NCBI GenBank assembly: GCA_036558345.1
Contig: DATBFV010000098.1
Coordinates: forward strand, 11,513 to 75,512
DNA: 64,000 nt
Source of the DNA: Gemmatimonadales bacterium
GTDB lineage: Bacteria; Gemmatimonadota; Gemmatimonadetes; Gemmatimonadales; GWC2-71-9
Direction of reading: 5' to 3'
Part shown: piece by piece, positions 10,605-19,107 of the stretch
How positions within the stretch are numbered: the stretch's first letter is position 1
How the letters are laid out: the number at the start of each line of letters is the position of its first letter
Notes under the pieces: generated by a model
What the model was told of the DNA's origin: nothing
The model's database searches: none
Seen by the model: only the letters and a program-made list of their open reading frames with translations
Translations under genes and position numbers: made by a program

Positions 10605-12170
10605 TTACCGGCTCGGAATCAGCAGCACATCACCGGGCCGGATCACACTCCGCATCGTCAAATCATTCGCCTCGAGGAGCGCCGCCAGCCCGACCCCGTG
10701 CTGACGCGCGATGGCGCTAGCCGTCTCGCCGGAGACCACCCGGTGGCGGGTCGATCCGTCGCCGGCGTCGACACTACTCACTGTGCGATAGCGAGTGGGC
10801 ACGCGCCGGACCCGTGGCTCCGGCGGGTTGCTCCAGGCCCCGCGCGGTACTACCCGGCCACTCATCGGCACGATGACCCGCTGGCCCACTCGGAGCGCGT
10901 GGGCGCGGAGGTGCGGATTGGCCGCCTGCAACATGGTAACGGTGACCTTGTACCGCTGCGCGATGCTCGAGAGCGTCTGACCGTACGTCACGTAATGATC
11001 CACGAACGTGATCCGCTCGTTGGCAGGCAGATCGGCGTAGCGCTCGGCGACGCGGGCACCCCTGCCCCGCGGGACGCGCACGATCACATCCCGTCCAGGC
11101 GGCGTGATACCGCGTACGAACTGGGGATTCAGCTCGAGTAGGGCCGCGACCGACGTGTCGGCCAGGCGCGCCATTACGTCCAATCCCGTCGCATCGGGAA
11201 CCGAGACTTCGTCGAAGACGAGGGGTGGCATGCGCTCGATGCTGCTAAAGCCGTACCGGCTCGGCTGTTTCGCGATCAGCGCCGCCGCAATCAATTTCGG
11301 CACATAATCACGCGTCTCGCGGCGCAGGCTGCGCCGGTTGTCCGCAATCTGGAAGAATGTCTGGTCGTCCACCGAATCGGGCTCACCCGGGAGCCGCGCA
11401 ATCGCGCGCTCGATTTTGCCGGCACCGGCATTGTATGCCGCCGCCGCGAGATAGACACTGCCGAGCCGCTCGACCAGGTCCTGCAGATGGCTGACGGCCG
11501 CGTCGGTGGCCTTGAACGGGTCCCGCCGCTCGTCCACCCACGGGTCGATCAGGAGGCCGTATCCGCGGCCGGTGGACGTCATGAACTGCCACATGCCCAC
11601 GGCGCGGGCGCGGCTCACGGCGGTGTTCGACAGCCCGCTCTCGATGAGCGTCAGATAGACCAGATCCTCGGGCAGACCATGGGCGCGCAGGCGCTCGCGA
11701 ATCATGCCTTCATAGCGGCCCAAGCGGGACAGCCAGATCTCGAAGCGATCGCGAGCATCGAGCTGGAAGAACTCGAGGTACTCGAGGACCCGACGATTGC
11801 CGGCAAAGCTCGAGACGTCGATGTCGAAGGTGGCTGCGGCGTCGTTGCCGAAGAGATTCTCCGCTTCCTGGGCGACGTCCTCGCCACGTACCGAGACGTT
11901 CGTGCGGGGGGCCGTGATGGAGTCCGCCGAGCGCTTTTGCAAACTGTCGAGCGCCGACTGGTCGGCGGCGGAATCCTGCTCCACGCGCGCGAGCGCCGTC
12001 CCAAGCTGCACCGCGGAGCTGTCGCGCGTCGTTGGGGAAGTCGCGCTCGTCGTCGTGGCTGTTGGGGCCGCGGCAGGAGATACTGCAGGCGGCGCGACAC
12101 GTGCGCCACCGCAGGCGGCGAGCGCCGCGGCGCCAAGCAACGAGATCGAGCCTATCGTCAGACGTTTCAT
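10605..12170 (-). CDS. MltD-like membrane-bound lytic murein transglycosylase lipoprotein with C-terminal LysM repeats
   Basis: Lipoprotein signal MKRLTIGSISLLGAAALAACGG. Catalytic region LVYLTLIESGLSNTAVSRARAVGMWQFMTSTGRGYGL...AAAAYNAG. LysM-like repeats (YVTYGQTLSSIAQRYKVTVTMLQAANP; HRVVSGETASAIARQHGVGLAALLEANDL). The start at M96 of the track ORF (ATG 12170) overlaps the upstream ORF stop (ATGA). Confidence 0.85.
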   Translation of the reverse strand: MKRLTIGSISLLGAAALAACGGARVAPPAVSPAAAPTATTTSATSPTTRDSSAVQLGTALARVEQDSAADQSALDSLQKRSADSITAPRTNVSVRGEDVAQEAENLFGNDAAATFDIDVSSFAGNRRVLEYLEFFQLDARDRFEIWLSRLGRYEGMIRERLRAHGLPEDLVYLTLIESGLSNTAVSRARAVGMWQFMTSTGRGYGLLIDPWVDERRDPFKATDAAVSHLQDLVERLGSVYLAAAAYNAGAGKIERAIARLPGEPDSVDDQTFFQIADNRRSLRRETRDYVPKLIAAALIAKQPSRYGFSSIERMPPLVFDEVSVPDATGLDVMARLADTSVAALLELNPQFVRGITPPGRDVIVRVPRGRGARVAERYADLPANERITFVDHYVTYGQTLSSIAQRYKVTVTMLQAANPHLRAHALRVGQRVIVPMSGRVVPRGAWSNPPEPRVRRVPTRYRTVSSVDAGDGSTRHRVVSGETASAIARQHGVGLAALLEANDLTMRSVIRPGDVLLIPSR

Positions 12171-12568
12171 CGTGTAGCCAAGTAATTCCCGAGTAGACGG
12201 TTCGTCGCATTCAGGACTGCAAGCGCCGCGCCACGGGCCGGATCTACCTCCGTGAGGCACGAACCCACCAGCCGCGTGGCTTCCTTGGCGCGTGCTGACA
12301 GCGAAACAATCACAACTGTCGCATCGAACGCACGCACCGCTTTCACTCCCAACAATTCGAACGTCACCTGTGGGCTGACCGCTTGCTCCAGTGCATTCAC
12401 CGCCGCAACGGCGCAGCAGCGCAGTTCGCCGGTCTGGGACGTCACGCCGTCGCATGAGCCTTCAAACCGACGGCCGTCAGACCAGGTCAGGACGACTTTG
12501 GCGCGACAACGGCCATTCGCCAACCGCTGAAAGCCGAACTCCTGAAAGCGTAGCCGCTCGTCGTGCAC
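12167..12568 (-). CDS. hypothetical protein, 133 aa, internally duplicated beta-rich/helix unit
   Basis: GTG start preceded by GAGGG 6 nt upstream. The stop overlaps the MltD-like ATG. The sequence looks protein-like and has two similar units ending ELRCCAVAAVNALEQ and GAALAVLNATNRLLG. I recognise no family with confidence. Confidence 0.55.
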   Translation of the reverse strand: MHDERLRFQEFGFQRLANGRCRAKVVLTWSDGRRFEGSCDGVTSQTGELRCCAVAAVNALEQAVSPQVTFELLGVKAVRAFDATVVIVSLSARAKEATRLVGSCLTEVDPARGAALAVLNATNRLLGNYLATR

Positions 12569-12577
12569 GTATGACCC

Positions 12578-12826
12578 TCACTCGAAACGGACTTCGATTT
12601 GCTGTTTCTGCGCGGCGTCCTGCACCGCCTCGACGACGTCCACCTCGAGCCTGGGCCGTCCCTGCTCGTCACGCTCCGCGGAGATGACGAGAATCAATCC
12701 GCTGTCGAATTCCACCTTCACGTGCCGCACGTCGGAGCGCACAGTCACCTGCTTGACCGTTTCACCCCGGAGTCGGGTCACAGCCAGGACCACGCGCCGC
12801 AAATCCTGCAGCTTGGCGCTGCTCAC
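12578..12826 (-). CDS. hypothetical small protein, 82 aa
   Basis: The GTG at 12826 overlaps the TGA of the upstream 83-aa ORF (GTGA). The sequence VSSAKLQDLRRVVLAVTRLRGETVKQVTVRSDVRHVKVEFDSGLILVISAERDEQGRPRLEVDVVEAVQDAAQKQQIEVRFE alternates hydrophobic and polar residues like beta strands plus a terminal helix. The longer TTG-12931 version would overlap its neighbour by 109 nt. Confidence 0.45.
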   Translation of the reverse strand: MSSAKLQDLRRVVLAVTRLRGETVKQVTVRSDVRHVKVEFDSGLILVISAERDEQGRPRLEVDVVEAVQDAAQKQQIEVRFE

Positions 12827-13074
12827 GCGAGGCGCTCCGCGAGAAGCTGCGAAAGCGCAGCGTCGGGAATTCGCTCGGCCTGGATGAACAATGACGACTT
12901 CGAGGTGGCCTCCAGCGGATATGGCGTCCAAAACGAGCGGCGCCTTCCCGGGAGAGCCTCAGACGCAGCGCGGAACGACAAGACCAACTGCCATGCAGCC
13001 GTATTCGCGCGACGCTCGGCCACCGCGTCCACGTGCCAAACCTGATCCCCGTGCGCAATTACTCGCCATGACAT
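12823..13074 (-). CDS. hypothetical small protein, 83 aa
   Basis: ATG start with a GAGGTGA Shine-Dalgarno-like sequence 4-5 nt upstream. By my codon count about 72 percent of third positions are G/C, lower than in clearly real neighbours. No recognisable motif. Confidence 0.45.
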   Translation of the reverse strand: MSWRVIAHGDQVWHVDAVAERRANTAAWQLVLSFRAASEALPGRRRSFWTPYPLEATSKSSLFIQAERIPDAALSQLLAERLA

Positions 13075-13114
13075 GGCTCACCTCGAGCGGGGAAGACGAG
13101 CGCAAAGGGCCCCC

Positions 13115-13143
13115 AATATGAGGGTTAGATGTAGTACAGTCAA
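13115..13143 (-). promoter_or_regulatory. candidate sigma70-type promoter for the small-ORF/MltD operon
   Basis: The minus strand reads TTGACT (13143-13138), a 17-nt spacer, then CATATT (13120-13115). It lies in a locally AT-rich gap between ilvE and the first small ORF. Confidence 0.35.
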
Positions 13144-13158
13144 TGGTTTAAGCCTGTT

Positions 13159-14022
13159 TCAGTCGTCGCGAGTTACGTAGGCGCGGAAGCGGGTCGCCAG
13201 GTCCCGGGTGACGGGCCCGGACACTCCTTTGCCAATCGCCCGGCCATCGAGCTTGGATATGCCGATGACCTCGGCGGCAGTTCCGGTGAGGAACACCTCG
13301 TCTGCGGTATAGAGGTCGTAGCGGTTCATGGGCAGCTCTTCGATTCCGTAGCCCGCCTCGCGCCCGAGCTCGATCACCGTGTCGCGCGTGACGCCGCGGA
13401 GGATGCCGGTGTACGGGGGCGGCGTCTTGAGTGTGCCATTCGTCACCGCGAACAGATTCATCCCGCTCGCTTCGGCGACATAGCCAGTCGAATCGAGCAT
13501 GATCACTTCGTCCACTCCGGCAGCGATACCTTCGACTTTGGCGAGAATATGGGAGAGATAGTTCAGCGACTTCACCCGCGGTGACAGCGATTCCCTGTGC
13601 AGGATCGGTGTGGCGGCAGTCAACGCGGTCAGACCTTTTTCGTACCGGTCCTGGGGCCACAGCTTGATGGTATCGAAAATGCAAAAGACGGTGGGCTTGG
13701 CGCACTTCCGCGGATCGAGGCCGAGGTCCCCGACACCGCGCGTAACGACCAGCCGGATGTAATTGTCCTTGATTCCGCTCTTCTCTACGCCCGCCTCGAC
13801 CATCCGCGCCATGGCGTCACGCGCTACGGGAATCTCGAGCCAAATCGCCTTCGCCGAAGCATAGAGGCGATCCAGGTGTGCATCCAGGCGGAAGACGCGC
13901 CCGTTATAGGCACGAATGCCCTCGAAGACGCCATCGCCATATAGCAGACCGTGGTCGAACACAGAAACGACCGCGGCGTCGCGGTCGTACCACTTCCCAT
14001 CGACCCATACCATTGAGGGCAT
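13159..14022 (-). CDS. ilvE: branched-chain amino acid aminotransferase (class IV)
   Basis: VWVDGKWYDRDAAVVSVFDHGLLYGDGVFEGIRAYNGRVFRLDAHLDRLYASAK...GILRGVTRDTVIEL...EVFLTGTAAEV. 287 aa. Confidence 0.9.
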   Translation of the reverse strand: MPSMVWVDGKWYDRDAAVVSVFDHGLLYGDGVFEGIRAYNGRVFRLDAHLDRLYASAKAIWLEIPVARDAMARMVEAGVEKSGIKDNYIRLVVTRGVGDLGLDPRKCAKPTVFCIFDTIKLWPQDRYEKGLTALTAATPILHRESLSPRVKSLNYLSHILAKVEGIAAGVDEVIMLDSTGYVAEASGMNLFAVTNGTLKTPPPYTGILRGVTRDTVIELGREAGYGIEELPMNRYDLYTADEVFLTGTAAEVIGISKLDGRAIGKGVSGPVTRDLATRFRAYVTRDD

Positions 14023-14065
14023 CGGGACGAAATCTGCGTCGGTTCCTGGTTACACAACAGGGGCA

Positions 14066-14138
<73 letters not shown>

Positions 14139-14253
14139 CTGAGAACTGCAGACTCGTCAAAGCTAAAACGTCGAAAGAGACGTAGAAAGAGCATCCCCTC
14201 CCGATAGGTAGTTTGATTGACGCTCTCGTTTTGACGCTAGTACCTTCCAGTCG

Positions 14254-15114
14254 ATGGCATCCCCTCTGACAAGCGTTTCAGACACTGCCCGTTGGGTTGC
14301 GATGTATCGAGCTATGGAATCCGAGCGACCCGATGCAATCTTCGATGACCCCTATGCCCGACGTTTGGCCGGTCCTAAGGGCGAGCAGATTTTGGCGAGC
14401 ATGCCGCAGGGCCGGCGGTGGGCTTGGCCAATGGTGGTGCGGACCGCGGTTATGGATGAGATCATATTGCGTCTCGTCCAGGCAGAGCGCGTTGATACAA
14501 TCCTCAACCTCGCGGCCGGTTTGGACGCACGACCGTTTCGTCTCGACCTTCCTAAAGAACTACACTGGATCGACGTGGATCTCGAGGGAATCCTGTCGTA
14601 CAAGGAAGCGGCGCTCAGCGCCGAGCAGCCGCGCTGCCGTCTCGAGTTTGTGCGCGCCGATCTCACCGATCAGGCCGCGCGCCGCGCGTTGTTTGAGCGC
14701 GTCGGCAGTCAGGCCAAACGGGCGCTCGTGATCGCGGAAGGATTGCTCGTCTATCTGAAGCCTGAAGATGTCATATCACTCGCGAATGATCTCGCGGAGC
14801 AATCCGCGTTTCGCTGGTGGCTGATCGACCTGGCCTCGCCGGCGCTGCTGCAGTTCCTGAAGCGCACCTGGGGAAACCAGCTGCGCTCGGGGAATGCTCC
14901 CATGGTGTTTGCGCCCGCCGAAGGCACGGCGTTCTTCGCGCCCGCCGGTTGGGTCGAGACGGAGTACCGGCCCATTCTGGACGAGGCACTGCGTCGGCAG
15001 CGCGCGCCCAGGATGGCCTGGCTGTGGCGATTGCTCGCCGTGTTTGCATCGAAGAAACGGCGGGGACAGTTCAAGCGCTTCTCCGGTGTCGTGCTCCTCT
15101 CACGCCAACTCTAG
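14254..15114 (+). CDS. class I SAM-dependent methyltransferase (leucine carboxyl / TIGR00027-like O-methyltransferase family)
   Basis: SDTARWVAMYRAMESERPDAIFDDPYARRLAG and ILNLAAGLDARPFRL (SAM motif I) are typical of this family. 286 aa. Confidence 0.75.
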   Translation: MASPLTSVSDTARWVAMYRAMESERPDAIFDDPYARRLAGPKGEQILASMPQGRRWAWPMVVRTAVMDEIILRLVQAERVDTILNLAAGLDARPFRLDLPKELHWIDVDLEGILSYKEAALSAEQPRCRLEFVRADLTDQAARRALFERVGSQAKRALVIAEGLLVYLKPEDVISLANDLAEQSAFRWWLIDLASPALLQFLKRTWGNQLRSGNAPMVFAPAEGTAFFAPAGWVETEYRPILDEALRRQRAPRMAWLWRLLAVFASKKRRGQFKRFSGVVLLSRQL

Positions 15115-15123
15115 GAGACTTTC

Positions 15124-15951
15124 GTGACCTCGTGGCGCGCTCTGTGTCTGCTCGCTCTTGTTGCCGGCTGCACGAGACCAAAACCCGCTTCCCCAACCGG
15201 TCCCAACGTCGTGACGATCACGGCAACCGATTATGCGTTCGGTGCCGCCGACACGATTCCGGCGGGACTTACGACCCTGCGCCTCATGAACGCCGGACAC
15301 GAGCCGCATCAAGCCGTGATCGCGGGAGGTGCAGGGAAAACGTTCGCCGAGCTCGAGTCTGCGCTCGTGAGTGCTGAGCCCAAGATCGCCGAATGGCTGA
15401 CCGTTCCCATGGGAGCCGGCGCCGTCGGGGCCGGCGACAGCTCGATCGTCACCGCGAACCTGGCGCCGGGGAACTACCTGATCCTGTGCTACATCCCGAG
15501 TCCCGACGGGAAACCGCACGTCGTGAAGGGGATGTTTCGCCACCTCGTTGTGGTGCCCGCGTCGAGTACTGGCGCGCCGGCACCGGAGCCGACTGCCGAC
15601 GTGACTGTGACGCTCTCCGACTACACGTTCACGCTGTCGGCGCCCCTCACAGCCGGAACGCATACGATTCGCGTGGAGAACAACGGCCCCCAACTTCACG
15701 AGGTGACGATCGAGCGCCTCGCGCCGGGGAAGACGCTGGCCGACTTCCAGCAATGGGTCGCGGGTGGGATGCGTGGCGCGCCTCCCGCCGAACCAGCCGG
15801 TGGCTATTCCGCACTGGATAAGGGGAAGGTCGGCTGGGTGACGATCACATTGACGCCGGGTCACTATCTCCTGAACTGCTATGTGCCCGACGTGAAGGAT
15901 GGAAAACCGCACCTTATGCATGGCATGGTGAAGGAAGTCACCGTTAACTAG
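15124..15951 (+). CDS. lipoprotein with two tandem cupredoxin-like domains
   Basis: Lipobox LLALVAGC. There are two homologous halves. Half 1 is VVTITATDYAF...NAGHEPHQ...NYLILCYIPSPDGKPHVVKGMFRHLVV. Half 2 is VTVTLSDYTF...NNGPQLHE...HYLLNCYVPDVKDGKPHLMHGMVKEVTV. Each carries a His...Cys...His...Met set in the order of type-1 copper ligands. Confidence 0.6.
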   Translation: MTSWRALCLLALVAGCTRPKPASPTGPNVVTITATDYAFGAADTIPAGLTTLRLMNAGHEPHQAVIAGGAGKTFAELESALVSAEPKIAEWLTVPMGAGAVGAGDSSIVTANLAPGNYLILCYIPSPDGKPHVVKGMFRHLVVVPASSTGAPAPEPTADVTVTLSDYTFTLSAPLTAGTHTIRVENNGPQLHEVTIERLAPGKTLADFQQWVAGGMRGAPPAEPAGGYSALDKGKVGWVTITLTPGHYLLNCYVPDVKDGKPHLMHGMVKEVTVN

Positions 15952-15961
15952 GCCGGCATCG

Positions 15962-16010
15962 GGCGGCAAAAGGCGGCAACGATCTGAGACCGTTGCCGCC
16001 TCATGCCGCC
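15962..16010. terminator. bidirectional stem-loop between convergent genes
   Basis: GGCGGCAAAAGGCGGCAACG (15962-15981) pairs with CGTTGCCGCCTCATGCCGCC (15991-16010) with 2 mismatches. The inner 10-bp stem GGCGGCAACG/CGTTGCCGCC is perfect, with a 9-nt loop. It lies between the cupredoxin-like gene (stop 15951) and the TonB receptor (stop 16028). Confidence 0.5.
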
Positions 16011-16027
16011 TATTGCCGCCCGTTAGT

Positions 16028-19009
16028 TCAGAACAGCCAGTGCATCCCGATCTGTGTTTGTTGCGGATCCCCGAATCCGCTGCGCAGGGTGCCGTCGAAG
16101 TTGAACAGGTAGCTGCCCTGCGCCGGGTCGCGGAAGTTCTCGGAGCCGGTCACGTTGAACATCTGCGCGATGAGCTCGAGCTTCCCGTTCCCGACATTGA
16201 AGGGCCAGGTCAGTCCGAGGTCCCACGAGAAATACGCGTTGTCCTTGCGCAGCGTGTTGCGTTTCAGGATGACGCCCGTGGGTGTGGTTCCCGCCGCGTC
16301 GTAGCAGATCCGGTCCTGAGGCGTCGCGGCACGTTGGCCATTGCCCTTGTTCGTGCCGTTGCCGCATTTCTCGGATACCGGCTGCGCCGAATACAGACTG
16401 ATGCGGCTGTTCAGGAACAACCCGCCACCGATGTGCAGTAACATCCAGCCATTGAAGCGGTGACGCTGGTCGCGGTCGCTCCAGTTGTACTCCGGCGCGA
16501 GGTTGTCCGCCTTGGCGTACCGGAACGTGAACGGATCGCGCTCGTTGTCATCGTCCGCCTTATCCCACGACAAGGTGTAGTTGATCTGGAACTGGAAGTT
16601 CGGATCGAGGACGCGCCTCAACATGAAGGTAACGCCGTTGTAGTTCGACTTGGCGCTCGACTCGACGGTGGTCAGTGTGGTGACGCCGTTCGTGTTTCCG
16701 CCCAGCGTGTCGGGAAGGCCCGTACTCCACGGACTGCCGAACGCCGGATCGTTCCGGTTGATAAACCGCGTCAAGTGTTCCGTCCGCGCGTGCTCGAAGC
16801 TGAACGACATCCCGAGGTCTTTCCCAGCCTGCCACTCATACGCCAGACTGGCGCTGAGTGTCCGGGGATTCTGGAAGTTTCTATCGAACACGAATACATC
16901 CGGGTGATTCACGGCGTTGGGTGCCACGTTGTCGGGCAACTGGGTGTTCAAGGCCGGCACAGTACTGTTGAAATTCGAGTACGACATGCCGATAGAGCCA
17001 TTCGTGCTGCGGCTCGAGGCGAGGTTCAAGCCGGGGATCCGCGCATAAAAGACTCCGACGCTCCCACGAAAGACCCTGCGGCCATCGGCCGCCGGATCGT
17101 AGGCAAAGCCCAACCGCGGCTGCCACATCTTCTTGTCGGACGGGATCGTCCCGTCGGAGGGGAACGTGCTGGTAACCCCGCCAGTCGTGACGGTCTGGCC
17201 GATAAACGGCGCAAAAAACACCTGGGACGGCGGTGTCAGTGGATCAGCTTCGATCTGGGCTTCCCACCGCAACCCATAATCCAAGGTCAGCTTGCTGTTG
17301 GGCTTCCAGGTGTCCTGCAGGAACAGGGCGTACTCGGTCTGTGGAATGTTCTGCGTTCCGGCCTCCTGCACGGACCGTCCGACGCCCGCCTGCTGCAGGA
17401 ATAGCAGCAAGCCGCTCGCATCACCGGTGCTCTGGAACGCGAGGAACGAGGGCACGGATGCGAAGATGTAACGGGAGTTCGCAAAACCGACAAAGGTCTG
17501 AATCGAGTGGACCTTGTTGTACTCGAACCCCGCCTTGAAGAAGTGATCGCCGCGGGACAACGAGATGTTGTCGAGCAGCTGGGTGCGGGTGTCGTAATAC
17601 GCGACCGGCAGGAAGAACGGCAGGCCGAACCGGTAGCCGTAGGTGAAGTCCATCGCGACGTCCGGGAACGGCCGGTCGCCGGCATCCACGCGGTTGGGGC
17701 CGAGCAACGCGCTGCGCGGACCCGCATAGGGCCGCGGCCGATCCTCCCGCGAGAACTGAAAGCGGAACTCGTTCGCGAGATTCGGCTTCAAGTAGGACAT
17801 CAGGCTGCCGTTGACTGCGTTCGAATGATCCTGCTCGATTCCGTTCGAGCTGCGCGCCCAGTGATCGTAGTCGAACGTGCCGTTTTTCTGCTCTGACCAC
17901 GTGTAGTTGTACTTGAGCGAGAGGTTATGCCGGGCCGAGAGCCGGAAGTCCACCTTGGCCAGGAATGCCCGCGCATCGTTCGTGCGATCGATCGGGCCGT
18001 AGTCGCCGGCCAACGCTCCACCGTACGCCGTGTCCATCCAGGCCCGTAACAGCGGGTCAATCCGGTTTGGGTTGGTCTGCTTGGTCTCATCGTAGATCTG
18101 CTGATCGTACGCGACGAAGAAGAACGCGCGGTCCTTCTTGATCGGCCCGCCCAGCGTGAACCCGAATTGATGCTGCGTGAAGTCCGGGGGCGGCAGGACG
18201 TCACTTCCGTGGTGCGGCTGGCCCGAGAGCGCGCCGTCCTTCCCATAGTAGTGGAGAGAGCCGTGGAGCTGATTCGTGCCCGACTTGGTCACGACGTTCA
18301 CGAAGCCGCCGCCCGAGCGGCCGAACTCGGCATTGGCGCCCGATGACGTGACCACGATCTCCTGGACCGCGTCGAGATTGAACGTGAACGGCGGACGCTG
18401 GCCGCCGCGCTGTTCGCCGAAGAACGGATTGTTGAAGTCGGCGCCGTCCACCGAGACGTTGTTGTGAATCCCGCGCTGCCCGCCGATCGACAGCTCATCG
18501 CCGTCGGGACCCTGCACGATCGCGACGTTGGGCGTGAGCAGCGTCAAGTTCAGGTAGTTGCGGCCGTTGTTCGGCAGGCGTGAGACGGCCGCGTTCGGCA
18601 CCCGGGTAGAGGCTTCGACCTTGGTCGCCTCGACCACGGGCTGCGTCGCTTCGACCACGATGGCCTGCAGCTGCACCGCCGCGAGCGCGAGATTCAGGTT
18701 TATGGTCTCGCCCACGCCGACCCGGACGCCGGTCTGGCGCGCCTCACTGAACCCTACCGCGCGCGCCGACACCTCATAGGTGCCGAGGGGCATGAGGGGT
18801 GAGATGAATACACCCCGCTCGTTGGTCGTGACCTGCCGTTGGAAGCCGGTCTGCGTTTCGCGCAGCACTACCGTCGCGCCGGCGACCGCGGCCCCCGCGG
18901 GATCGGAGACCGTGCCGCGAATGACCGCCGTCGTGGCCTGCGATTGTGCAGCGAGAGCGACTGGGAATGCGAGCGCCACTGCCACCGACGCGAGGAGCTT
19001 CCGCAGCAT
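16028..19009 (-). CDS. TonB-dependent outer-membrane receptor with N-terminal carboxypeptidase-regulatory-like domain
   Basis: 993 aa. Signal peptide MLRKLLASVAVALAFPVALAAQ, then GTVSDPAGAAVAGATVVL...TNERGVFISPLMPLGTYEV (CarboxypepD_reg-like). A plug region follows (NYLNLTLLTPNV...DELSIGGQRG.HNNVSVDGADFNN). The beta-barrel ends in an aromatic residue (...IGMHWLF). Confidence 0.9.
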   Translation of the reverse strand: MLRKLLASVAVALAFPVALAAQSQATTAVIRGTVSDPAGAAVAGATVVLRETQTGFQRQVTTNERGVFISPLMPLGTYEVSARAVGFSEARQTGVRVGVGETINLNLALAAVQLQAIVVEATQPVVEATKVEASTRVPNAAVSRLPNNGRNYLNLTLLTPNVAIVQGPDGDELSIGGQRGIHNNVSVDGADFNNPFFGEQRGGQRPPFTFNLDAVQEIVVTSSGANAEFGRSGGGFVNVVTKSGTNQLHGSLHYYGKDGALSGQPHHGSDVLPPPDFTQHQFGFTLGGPIKKDRAFFFVAYDQQIYDETKQTNPNRIDPLLRAWMDTAYGGALAGDYGPIDRTNDARAFLAKVDFRLSARHNLSLKYNYTWSEQKNGTFDYDHWARSSNGIEQDHSNAVNGSLMSYLKPNLANEFRFQFSREDRPRPYAGPRSALLGPNRVDAGDRPFPDVAMDFTYGYRFGLPFFLPVAYYDTRTQLLDNISLSRGDHFFKAGFEYNKVHSIQTFVGFANSRYIFASVPSFLAFQSTGDASGLLLFLQQAGVGRSVQEAGTQNIPQTEYALFLQDTWKPNSKLTLDYGLRWEAQIEADPLTPPSQVFFAPFIGQTVTTGGVTSTFPSDGTIPSDKKMWQPRLGFAYDPAADGRRVFRGSVGVFYARIPGLNLASSRSTNGSIGMSYSNFNSTVPALNTQLPDNVAPNAVNHPDVFVFDRNFQNPRTLSASLAYEWQAGKDLGMSFSFEHARTEHLTRFINRNDPAFGSPWSTGLPDTLGGNTNGVTTLTTVESSAKSNYNGVTFMLRRVLDPNFQFQINYTLSWDKADDDNERDPFTFRYAKADNLAPEYNWSDRDQRHRFNGWMLLHIGGGLFLNSRISLYSAQPVSEKCGNGTNKGNGQRAATPQDRICYDAAGTTPTGVILKRNTLRKDNAYFSWDLGLTWPFNVGNGKLELIAQMFNVTGSENFRDPAQGSYLFNFDGTLRSGFGDPQQTQIGMHWLF

Positions 19010-19107
19010 GCCTCTGCCTCCGTAACGGGGGTGGTGAGTTCCTAGGAGTGGCTAGCGTATCACGCGAATTGATAGATGGCAAGCACGGAAAGGAACTAGT
19101 TTTCGGG

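Noticed and set aside
12171-12455. 95-codon N-terminal extension of the MltD-like ORF (track ORF 10605-12455)
   Set aside because: The extension overlaps the 133-aa upstream ORF and reads as low-complexity Arg/Gly/Cys sequence. A canonical lipoprotein signal peptide starts at M96 (ATG 12170), with ATGA coupling.
14217-14238. Direct repeat TTGACGCT-N6-TTGACGCT upstream of the methyltransferase gene, and TTGACG upstream of tRNA-Lys (14155-14160, minus strand)
   Set aside because: They are -35-like hexamers, but no acceptable -10 lies at 16-18 bp spacing. The tRNA-proximal one is too close to the mature 5' end. I did not call them promoters.
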